Source of the DNA: Phoronis australis | Taxonomy: Eukaryota > Animalia > Phoronida | Direction of reading: 5' to 3' | DNA: 64,000 bases | NCBI GenBank assembly: GCA_002633005.1 | Contig: NMRA01000108.1 | Location: forward strand, 761,855-825,854 | In this document: one piece after another, positions 12,101 to 24,100 of the stretch | Layout of the letters: each line of letters begins with the position of its first letter | Position numbering within the stretch: position 1 is the first letter of the stretch | Position numbers and translations under genes: made by a program | Notes under the pieces: model-generated | Told to the model about the DNA's origin: nothing | Seen by the model: the letters and a program-made list of their open reading frames with translations, nothing else | The model's database searches: none

Positions 12101-15100
12101 CCGTCCATGCAACGTACAAAGCAGTGGAGAATTACAGTGTGTGTGGCAAGCACTTTCTGCCCTCCGGTTACGAAAGGGATTTGTACGCTGAACTGATGAA
12201 GGTCCCTGCGAAACAACGCCTGAAGAAGGATGCCATTCCGTCTGTGTTGATTCCCGACAGTGCCCCGTCGCCACCCCCGAGAAGTGCGTTTTTGAGGCGA
12301 GAAGCTTTGCNGAGGGACCACAAGAGATACCTGCTGGCTACAACAGGTCAAAGGTCGGGTTATGTTCAGGATTAAAGCACAACGAGATGAAGAGACCGTA
12401 GCCACTTATGAGTTCCCACAAACATTCTGTCAGATTGGAATCAAGCAAGTAAACTGAAGTGCCATGGAGAATCACATGGCCAATAAACCAATGCCTCCAA
12501 TCAAAAACAACTTGGGTCACCATAGTTACAAAATTGGTCTCAGTTTGTTCCAAACTGGTGATTTCTTGACTGACATGTCGTTACTGTTTCGGAACAAGCT
12601 CATGAAGACTGACTGTCATTAGGCAGCTTAGTTCTTTCGCAGAAATTACGGAAAAATTCAATCTTTGTCCCCAGAATAGTCTGTGACATTAATGGTCAAA
12701 TGCCAATGATAACCTCAATGCGATTGTGGAAAAAGTTGAAAAACTGAGAAAACTCAGTTTTGTCTAGTTGTAATATCCCTAACAATTCAAAGCCTGTCCA
12801 ATCAAGAATCATTGCAACTTTATTTTTATCATTATAATAAGGGACTGAACCAATTATGCAACTCACCAAATGGCTTGGTCGCCATACAGTCGTCCTCACA
12901 AGTTCCTGGGTTGCCACTGAATACACTCAGCGTCCCTTGACTCTCATTGTGCCAGAATGCAAACTCGTATCTGGGGTCCGGCTGGTCATGGCTGGCAGGA
13001 AATGAGACCTGTGTAGCCAACATATGAAATCAGTCTAGATTGAGAGTTTCAGTCTATATAACTTTGTATTTAGGAGACGATAAAGAAATATTTGCTAAAA
13101 ATTGCATTAGATAATCAAACATTGAAAAACAGAAAAAAACAATTTTTGTTAATTATTTTATGCAAAATAAGAAAATTACCATACCAACACACAATGTCTC
13201 CCTTACTCATGAACCTCTGTATACTTTAGCAGCACTTACATTGATTAGCACATATTAGAGCATTCTACTTCTCAATGACTGCCAGACTATGCCAGTTCTG
13301 AATGTCCAATACCATGTTGCGCCTTTGTTAACTGCCGGAGCAGTCTTTTGTCTGGTATGACAACAGTAAACCCACTTAGGTAGCATGCTTCAAAGAGTTT
13401 CTGAAACTGTAATGAGTTTGGACAGAATAGATTGTCCAACTTCGGTTGTTGAGTGGCAATTTTGGTGATTCATAACTAAACATGATCACCATTTGAAGAG
13501 GAATTCAGACTTGTTATTGTTTTTACTTCAAATAGTTTTTAACAGCACAGACCAGACAGCATAGATATGACCTTATAGGAGATTAGAGCAATTATCAAAC
13601 AAAAGAAAGCTGGTCCTCCAACCATGAATACAACAATGGTGTAAATCAATTGCGGAAGACACTGGCTACAATAGTCAACCAGCAAAGTTGGGGTGAACGA
13701 GCGAACGTCCTAATGCAAGAACTCTGCCTACTATGTGCTAGTCAAGGTACCATGTGGAAAGAAATAAAAAGTCCAAACAGTGCTATCTCTATCCGGTATC
13801 TGGTCAAAAAAGAAGCTGGTCATAAATGTCCACATATTTGTACTGGTCAGACCCTAATTCTCATTGATTATTCAGAGTTATTCTGTGGGGACATGGTTTT
13901 TCAATTGCAGTGAGACACTGATCAAAAATTAGAATACTCATGAAAATGTGGCAAGACATATTCAAGAGCTTTGATGCTTTTGGACACCCAGGAATCTTAT
14001 AGATAAAACTTTGATTCCACACACTTCAGAAATGAGAAAAAGAAGAAACACCTAGTGAATGTTTGACAAACAGATACTTTGTTAAAAACTTTGATCGCAG
14101 AAACCATGAAACATACACGCTTCCAATTTTTTGCCTTTATGTCAAGGAAGTTGACTTCATTGGTTTCACCACCTTTTCCACGAAAACCTCCGAAAATGTA
14201 CATCTTGTCCTTATGGATGCAGCCCCCATGGTCATGACGTTTCAAGCGACCTTTGACCTTGAGAGGCGACCAAGAACGACTTTGCAGGTTGAAGGTGAAC
14301 AGTTGATCAAGGACACTGAGGAGAATAGAATTCATGATCAAGATTAATATCCCGCATTTGTATTACCTTGTCTGGAAAACAAGGTACAAGGTGGCCCATA
14401 ACTTACTACCCATCCAGGCATCTTAAATATCCGTTGCATAGGAGTGTTTTCCCTCATTCTCGCTGCATATAAGCTTATGTGACTTGATATTCCGCGAGAC
14501 ATTTTTCTCAACATAACAAGGCTCCAAATGTCAAAAATTTAACACAGACACAACTAACAATAAAACAGTGACAATGTATGGATGGATAGAGCCTTACAGG
14601 CCACATAGTCCAGGCAAGTGCGGTACAACGTCAAGTGAAATAATACCTGGCTCGTTTTGAGTATTTGAATCAATTAAGGCACAAAAGTAAGTAATTTCTA
14701 TGATGGTAATTAATTGCAGGCATGTTTGTCTAGAACACTGCAGTGTATACTCAGGGCTCGACGCTATTAAAATCGCCAGGTCGCATTTTGCGACCTAGCC
14801 AAAATCCCAGGTCGCATTTTCAAAATCCAGCTCGCATTCGTAAATGCCAGGTCGCAAAATTTTCCCGCCATTTTTACGCGCCAAAATATAGTTTTTAGAT
14901 CATCGAGAAAATGTTTAGATTATGCTCTTACCTGCTGCGTTAAATGCTCACAAATTTCGGATCTCAAAATTGACTTCATTCATGCAGGTACGGCCTTACT
15001 GTTCTTCACAACTGCCATTGAAAGTCTCTAGAGCGCAAGCCAAGTTGCCGGCGTGAAAGTTGAATCAGTGCTCTCTAACTGACTTGTGCATTCGAGTAGC

Positions 15101-18100
15101 TAAATTTGCGAAGTGAAAAGGGAGAAAATGCCCGTTGAAAAAAGTATCTGGGATTTTGTTAGATCTGGTCTGCTACTGGCCGTCATCAAAGTCGTTAACG
15201 ATTCAAACGAACTCGGGTAATNTGCTTTTGGACACCCAGGAATCTTATAGATAAAACTTTGATTCCACACACTTCAGAAATGAGAAAAAGAAGAAACACC
15301 AAGTGAATGTTTGACAAACAGATACTTTGTTAAAAACTTTGATCGCAGAAACCATGAAACATACACGCTTCCAATTTTTTGCCTTTATGTCAAGGAAGTT
15401 GACTTCATTGGTTTCACCACCTTTTCCACGAAAACCTCCGAAAATGTACATCATGTCCTTATGGATGCAGCCCCCGTGGTCATGACGTTTCAAGCGACCT
15501 TTGACCTTGAGAGGCGACCAGGAACGACTTTGCAGGTTGAAGGTGAACAGTTGATCAAGGACACTGAGGAGAATAGAATTCATGATCAAGATTAATGTCC
15601 CGCATTTGTATTACCTTGTCTGGAAAACAAGGTACAAGGTGGCCCATAACTTACTACCTATCCAGGCATCTTAAATATCCGTTGCATAGGAGTGTTTTCC
15701 CTCATTCTCGCTGCATATAAGCTTATGTGACTCGATATTCCGCGAGACATTTTTCTCAACATAGCAAGGCGCCAAATGTCAAAAATTTAACACAGACACA
15801 ACTAACAATAAAACAGTGACAATGTATGGATGGATAGAGCCTTACAGGCCACATAGTCCAGGCAAGTGCGGTACAACGTCAAGTGAAATAATACCTGGCT
15901 CGTTTTGAGCATTTGAATCAATTAAGGCACAAAAGTAAGTAATTTCTATGATGGTAATTAATTGCAGGCATGTTTGTCTAGAACACGGCAGTGTATACTC
16001 CAAACCCACACAAGTGAATAAATGGCTCTCGACAATATTTACTATTTGGGTGCCTTATATATCAAGAATACATGTCCGTACACAGAACATGCCAAACATC
16101 ACCAGAGCAGTTTTGATGGTACACACCAGGACGCGGGGTCTAATCTTTGTACTCGAAATCTAAATTATTTTGTCATTTATGCAAACAAGTATCTTTTATT
16201 CTGCACTCCAGTACACAAAACGGCTTACATGAACAACTATCTAATACTAGTCTGTACTTGATGACCCCGTGATTAAGACTAAAAGTTCGAGTCTGAACTC
16301 AAAATTTTAAAGCTTTACTTAGTCTAGTAAAATCTCAAGTGAGTGCTAGTTTGCAGCTTGAAATACAAAGGTCATCAAGCACAGATTTGGTCTAGAAACT
16401 TGTATGCACAAACCATGATGTACTAGAGCAAAGGCTGGGTTCTCACAAAAGTAGAATAGAAAATGCCAAAAATAATTTCGACTTCAATTTAGAATAAAAA
16501 TTAGACCCCAGGCCCATATTTTTCAGTTAATTTCCAGTCTTTAGCAGTGAGATGCCATGCTTAAGTCCTCATCGCTCAATAAGGAAGCGTATGCGCATCT
16601 GGTACTCAGGGTATGCAGATCACGTTTACAGGTGATAATCCATCAAGACTTTAGATTCCGACAGTGAATTCCTCTCGCACTCACCCCCATGATGCAGAAT
16701 TCCCTTAGCACTCACCCCCATGACGCAAAATTCCCCTCGCACTCAGTCACCATCATAGAAAATTCCGTGTAATTTAGTGAAACTACTTTTGGTGTGCACT
16801 ACAGTATTGACTCACGTGTAGTCGTTTGATCCACCGTGTAAGTACAGAGAGCCGTTGTAGTAACACAGCAGCGCCCCCGAGCAGGGAGTAGGTGTATTAC
16901 GACCACTGCCAGTATGGAGACAGCTCCACTCCCTGGTCTCCAGGTTGAATGAGAACAAGTCACCAAAGAACACACTGCTGAACACTTGCTTACCATGCTG
17001 ACCTGAAATACAGACAGAAACACGTTTTAGAATAGATCACACTATATAGAATGAGTTTAAAATAAAGAAGAGCATTGTGGAGTGGTGAAACACACCTACG
17101 ACACCACTGCAAATGGTGTGCTTCCACACGTGTTTTAGTATCATTAAAATGGCCATTAGATGGCGCAGAATATCTCAAACCTGTCTGAATTGAGAAGGTG
17201 GCACCGTCTCTTTAAAACAACTATTTGCCAAATGTCATGAAAATAAATCAAGGAACTCCAAAGATATAGAGGCACACGTAAAAAAATTAAATTGACACTA
17301 GGTCGCACAGCTATAGTCCAATTGGTCTTAAACTCATCGCCACCTGTTGCCACTTTATGGGAGCATATTCACCAAATTTTGCAAAGATCCTTCAAAGAAT
17401 TTAAAAGAGATAAATCTGTAGATGCAAAAAAACAAGCAAAATTGCCTATAGGGAACATCAAAGAAGTGGAAACCATGCAAAAATCAACGTCAGCCGCAGT
17501 CTCCATATAGAGAACACAACCGTTAATTTTCATGATGATCCTTTGAGTGGTTTGGCAGATAGAAAGGCGGATGTCAAAAACATCTGTAAAAATTTGTAAA
17601 CGGCTACCAGGTGGCACGGAAAACATCAGTTCTGTCCCAAAATGGGAAGGCATTGTCTTCTCCATAATAGAAACCTATTTGTCAAATTTCATGAAAATAC
17701 ATCGATGAACTTCGAAGATACAGAGGCAAACGCAAAAAAAAAACATTTTGCCACTAGGGGGCACATTGATATTCAAATCAGTTAGACACCGATTGTCACC
17801 GGCTCCATAGGAACACATCTTTCAAATTTCACAAAGCTCCTTCTAAGGGTTAAGAAGAATCAGTCACAGACGCAAAAAAAATAACAAAATCGCAACTAGA
17901 GGGTGACACAAAAGTGCGACCTGTCAGAAAATCAACGTCTGACGTGGCCTTCTCATCAGAAACACATCTATAAATTTTCATCATTCTATGAGCGGTTTGG
18001 CAGATAGAGAGGTGAACACCAGAAAACGGACGCAAAAATAACAAAAACAGCCACAAGGTGGCATAAAATACATCAAATCCATCCGAGAATGGAATGGCAT

Positions 18101-21100
18101 TGTCGTCTCCTGAATAAAAATCTATTTGCCGAATTTCTATCAAGGAACTCCGGTCCGAAACTTTTTGTCATCTGTCGTCAGCTTCAAAGGAACATACCTA
18201 CCAAATTTCAACAAGATCCTGCAGTGCTGTAGTGGGGCGTAGGCGCACGAAAGTGAAGCCAACCACCTTTTGGCATTTGAACGTAGCACCTACGCACCGT
18301 AAGTTACGTTCAGTGCTCAAGGTGATACGGTGGGCTCTGGGCACCTACTTACCTCTAATTTTACCACTACAGCACTGATCCTGCAAGAGCTTTGGAGATA
18401 CAGCAGCAGACGCCAGACGCCCAGACAGAGATGACGACGACATGTACCCACATTTAAAAATATGTGGGCACAAAAAAGCTACTAAAAATTATTGGTGTTA
18501 TACAAAAGTAGATTTTCACAAGGGGTATTATGATTTCAACGCTATACAAACCTCCATACACGTAGAGAAGCTTTCCAACCTGAACATGAGCCGTAAACGA
18601 GCGTGCTGAAGGCTGTGACCCACTGGTAGAACACAGCCTCCACTTTCCTAAAACAAAAAGTGCAGGAATTAAAAGACTGGCACAAAACACAGTGTCATGT
18701 GGCACTTACTTCCTCTAGTGTTGGAAACCACGTCATTACCCATTCTGCTGGTGGTACAGACGTAACACTAAGTTCAAAATGCAGTGATCAATGATTGTGC
18801 GACTGGATTAATTTGTTTTTATTAATTAAAAATACTACTTCTGCTACCTACAATACCGAGAAAAATTACAAAACTAAAAGTAAAATACAAATTAATGACT
18901 GCAGGCGCAATGACCAGGTTTAGGACCGTGCATTTTCAAGTGTGCAAAAGATGCACTTTTAACAGACCCTGTCCCCCTCTCATCTTCCATGATTTTACTT
19001 CCATTTTCTCAGGTGCATGCAGGTCGTTAACAACCCCTCCAATTTATGGTAAAACTTACTCAATTTTGGACAAAAATAAGGACTAAAACCTCCCCGTTTT
19101 CAATTTTCAATTATTGTGAATGCCAACAATTTTTCAAAATATTTTTTGACAGTAGCTACGGAATGAAACTGAACACAGAAAAGCGTTAATTTCTGGTGCT
19201 ACATATCTGACTAATAGACAAAATGCCACATTGCGACCCTAACGGGTGAAATTTGACAGTACCTTGTGTGCGTTTTGGACAATATCACTAATTCAACACG
19301 ACCCTTTAATAAAGGTCAACAACATCACCATAGTTACCTTTGATTATATATTGGGAGTACATGTTCGTGACCATTTTCCTAATGGACGACTCCATGTCAG
19401 AGCGCTGGTCCACCGCATAACACAGGGCTTTCTTCAGTTCTTGAACTGCGAACACTTCATTGTAGAGTAGAGTGTATACTTGGTACTTGATCATGTAAGT
19501 GTCAATGAAGTGAGGGCTGACAACGGAACAAAAGAAAACAAATATGATAAAACCCCACCAAAAGTAACGCGACGTGATTATGTCATTTACTCCCAACTGG
19601 AGGCCAACGACATGGCGGCCGTTTATTGTCTAACACATTTGTTCAAATCAGCCAAATTCCACAAAAAAGACTTTTTGAAATCTGATGCACAGTATCTATA
19701 AACTGCACAGATTAGCATATTAATCATGTGTGTTCTAAAATACAGATTAACTCTAGATTAACTGGTGATTTTCCAGTTACAATTTTGACCTAGTGCCGAA
19801 TTTCCCATAAAGAAATGGCAAGGGTTAAAACCAAGATGGCGGAATCTCCTAGGCAACCCTAGTCAGTTGACGTCACACTTTCCATCCATATTTAGGACTC
19901 AATATGGCAGACACGTGTAATTACATTTCAAGTTTTCATTTTTCCATAAAAGATATATACCAAAAATAATAATATTTTTCAATGTTAAATGTCTGCACCT
20001 TGGTATTACCAGAAAACACTGCGAAAAATTGTAGAAAAATTAATAAATGTCAACGTTGGTTACTTATTTTTATAAGAAATTCGGAACATTTCATGGGAAA
20101 CAAAAGTTAACCACAAGCTTGCCAGAGATGAATATTACTGCATTCCCACAGGTGGATTTAGTGAAGGTACAAAAATAAACGCAATCATAATGATGTTTTC
20201 AACAGCTACGCGTACACTTTTCCTTCAAATACTGTGGTTCAGTCCCCCTTTCAACATTCATAGGTCCACCAGCAATTCCTTCAAAAATACCATAACAGTT
20301 GATGTCATCCATCTTCAGAAAATAACTTGATGCGTCACAAGGTGTTTATCTGTCTCTAATTACTGGCCAAAAACAGGCTGCAAACAACTGTGGCCTATAG
20401 TGAATAAATCTGTCCAGGACGAGAGATCCCATTGACCAACTCTTCCCAGGACACAACACAACAATAAACCAATCACTTATGATCAGCAGTTAGAAATAAA
20501 GACAAGCCAATTGTCATCATGTAGTTCTGGGCAACAGAGGTAAAGAAAGCGCAGGCTTCATCACTTTCTACAGCAATTATTCCTCGATCCATGGAAAGAA
20601 AATTTCAACAAATTCACTCTCCAGTATATACTGTGAAAATGTTAAGACTCTTCAAAATTGTGTAACACAGTAATCAACTGACTTAATGGTGCATTAGTAG
20701 CTTTTAATTAGTTTATTTTAACCGAGGGAGTTGATCTTATCCAACCAAGTAAGCCACCTCATTCACTTCATTAACCACAAGACAGTGGGAGGATTTCAGA
20801 CTGGTGAGTAAACTTTCTTGTGTCAACAGCCAACTCTCACCCATCTCTGAATAACCTGGCCTTGTGAAACCTACAGTAAAATCTCATCAGTTTAGTCCAC
20901 AATACGGTCGACAAGTGAAAATTTTGTTTTATATTTTTCCATGAACTTGTAGCAACAAATGGTTTTCTATGGTCAAGAGTTGTGTCACAGCTCCAGACAA
21001 GTTGTACCACACCATCAGAAAAATTGTTAAAAAATGTGGACGTTAGCAACAAAGTCAAATGACCAATGACAAAAAACGCGGAAACTTTTACGGCCCAAAT

Positions 21101-24100
21101 CATGCCCGATAGCCATCCTTGAAATGATCAATGTGAACACGTTACCACCATGAGTAGCATGCGTCTGCGTCCTTTTAGCTCGCCCGTCCACTCCCAACCC
21201 CCAACCCACACATTTTTGGTTGCAGGGCGGCAGTATTTGTCTCCGCACTTAACAATAACACGAGACGCCATTGAAAATCCCACCACGCTGCCCCCCCCCG
21301 GCAATGTTGACAATTTACGTTCCTCCGAAACATAAAGAGCAACTTCCGCTTTTCGAGGTGAACGTCATCTGCAACGCCACGGTAAGAAAGGAATTTGCCG
21401 CAGATATTTTATATCAAATCCGATTTTTTTACGCGGAAATATTATAAAAAAAGCGGAAAGCACATTTGAAAAAAGTGGAAATCCGCGTTTCCGCGGAAAA
21501 TTCCAAGCCCTGATTTTTGTCAATTAGTTTTGTCCGAAATTGGTGAGAATTTACTTGTTTTTTTTGCAATAAACTTGATTCAAATTTAAGAACAATATGC
21601 CAGTTCAAAATCCAATTTCTCTGATAAGTTGAATCAAATACGTCTTTCATTTGCCCTGTTGTTTTTAATGTCTTAACTAACTGCTTCATGTGTTTTATTG
21701 GTTTTAGTTGTTCACTGCTGTTTGTCTTAAATTTGTTTATGTTGTTTATTTTAGAACTTCAAGTATAAAAAATTATCAATATCATAAATATATATCAACT
21801 AAAATTTATGAAACTCATCAACAACAATGGCCCAGTTCCAAATGAACTAGCGCCACTGTTAAATTAATTCAATTCCTACTTCACCGTGTGTAAACTTTTT
21901 ACTTTTACTATCTTTTTAATACATATAGATTATTACATGGCGAAGTCGTTATCCCCCGTTATCTAGAGCCCGAGTGGATTTTGGAGAATTATCGCCCGAG
22001 GGGCGTTAGCCCCGAGGGTGATAATTCTCCAAAATCCACGAGGGCTCTAGGTAAGGGGGATAACGGCTGAGAACATGTAATAATCTATTTATACCACATA
22101 CTAAACGAGAAACATTGCAATGAATCGATTTACCTTTTCTGACTCTCCACGGCTTTGTAACTACTTTCTATGTCAGAGGCCCGGGGTCGGAGGTCGTGAC
22201 CTTTTAAGAAAAGCCCGGCTATTTTTGTCAAATAATGCTTTTACTCAAAACCAATTGAAAACTTAAATATTATAGAAATAAATTGAATTTATAAATTAAG
22301 GTTTACCAACTATTATAGCTTAAAACACGTTTTTTTTCACGCTAAGCTTCGACCGGGAAATTATCGTCTGCTAAAGTAGGTTACCACTGGTAACTGAATA
22401 TAATTCTCAAGTCAAAGATCCTGACGACACGATACCCGCATTCAAACTAGAGATCGGTGATTTACAAGTAAGAGGACATGAGAGAAAAATTTCACCGAAT
22501 GAAGATATCATTTTTATGGAAATTATGTGTCTTAGTTTTTGTAGCGTATAAGTACAGTACAATGCGGTTTGTTGAACGTGCGATTATTGCGCGTGCTCAT
22601 TTAAGTATTCTATTTTCACTCTTGATGACATCAGTCACTGCGTGGTGTAGTGGTAAAGTCGGCGACCAGCAAAATTAAGGACCCGGGTTTGACCCCGTCC
22701 TCGATTTCCCGCCAAATCGTTATCTCACTAGTGAGATAACTTTATGGGTTATTACACGGTTGTATCTGCCATTTGACGCTAATATTGTGGTATAATTTAA
22801 CTTATTTTATTGATTTGTGGGTTTTTTAGTTGTTTACTACAGTTAATCTTAGACTTCAATATCTAGTCAGGTCTGCTCAACTATGGAAAAGAGACTCGAG
22901 CAAAGTTTGGTGGTCGTAGGTACAGAAACTCTCTATGTCGCCAGATTTACCTTAAGAACATTGCTTCAGCACAATCGGAGAGTGCGCAAGTGGCTTTTGT
23001 GAGGTCATTCGGGGGCTGCTTAATAACGACATCGGGTGCCATCTGGTAGGATACGACCCACAGACTGGCCCTGGCTGTGTACAATCTTGCCAGCACACGG
23101 TTCACTTTTAACAGCTTCTTTGATCCAGCTGTCATCTTGAATGCTAAAAGAGACACGTGTACCTGTCTATCATTCATTGAGCATGAAAGGAACTTCAGTT
23201 CTAAAAGTTATGAAAAAGCTGCTGCTACTACAGGTAGAGTTATGATAATTCTTAAATAATTTTGCATAAAAATAATTGCACATAATTATTTCTCTGTTTT
23301 TCTGTTTTCACAAGTTGACAACCTGCAATAATTTCGTTCTAACAGCGAAACTTTAATTAAATGTTGTTCTACGATGTCCTCATAGTACAAACCAAGCTTG
23401 AAATGGCCTAAAATCTACTTAACCTTTATTTTTGATAAGCTTGACAAATACAATTTGTGTGCTAAATAGGTGAAAAATTAAATCACCCAGCCTGTGAACC
23501 AAGGTTTCAGAAACATCTCTATTGTGTGTGATGGACCACAAACTAATAAGGTGGAAATATAATCCGCCTTCCCATTACATTTAATTCAGACTAATTTGCC
23601 ATTGGAACATAATTCAGATCAGCGTGATAACCTACTGTCACAAATTGTCGCATTTCTCATTTGACTGGACCAACATTCCACTGTGCTAACTTTATAAGTT
23701 TCACCCTACACATGTAGTGTCGCCACACTGTTGCGATCCTTTTTCTCGAGAATACCTGGAGTGAATAACTTGCTCCAAGTGTTGATTGGAACCTTGGTTT
23801 TATCTGGTAACCAGTTACAACTTCCTTACGTGTTAGAATTGTTGCTTTGAGATGTGTACTTAAAGGTTGTACAGATAGCAGCTGGCAAGAAGAACACAGC
23901 GACACAATTTAGTACGGTCAAGAAAAATAATCCGAATTGAACCTTTCGCACCGCACTTTCTTAATCGGAATATCAGCAGTCCGCTCTCTAGTACGTTTTT
24001 TCAAGCATGTACTTTAGTATCGTCCTAAACTTAAACTGTTCCAAATCAAATTTCACATTCAGTGTACAGTATGTTAGTCCAACACTATAAATCTGTAGTG

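Noticed and set aside
11965-12375. Host THAP-domain gene
   Set aside because: Lies inside transposon TIR sequence after TTAA; the C-terminal part is an artefact of the n junction
12440-12520. Minus-strand KLFLIGG Kelch-like peptide as the missing exon
   Set aside because: Flanked closely by in-frame stops and lacks convincing splice sites
15365-15563. Mutually exclusive Kelch exon pair
   Set aside because: Intron flanks are also near-identical and joined by an n; better explained as haplotype duplication
20841-20870. 30-bp micro-exon candidate (ag...gtgaga) on the minus strand
   Set aside because: Phase-compatible but it would interrupt the TPR motif AMFLSPHF, which reads well without it; no other support
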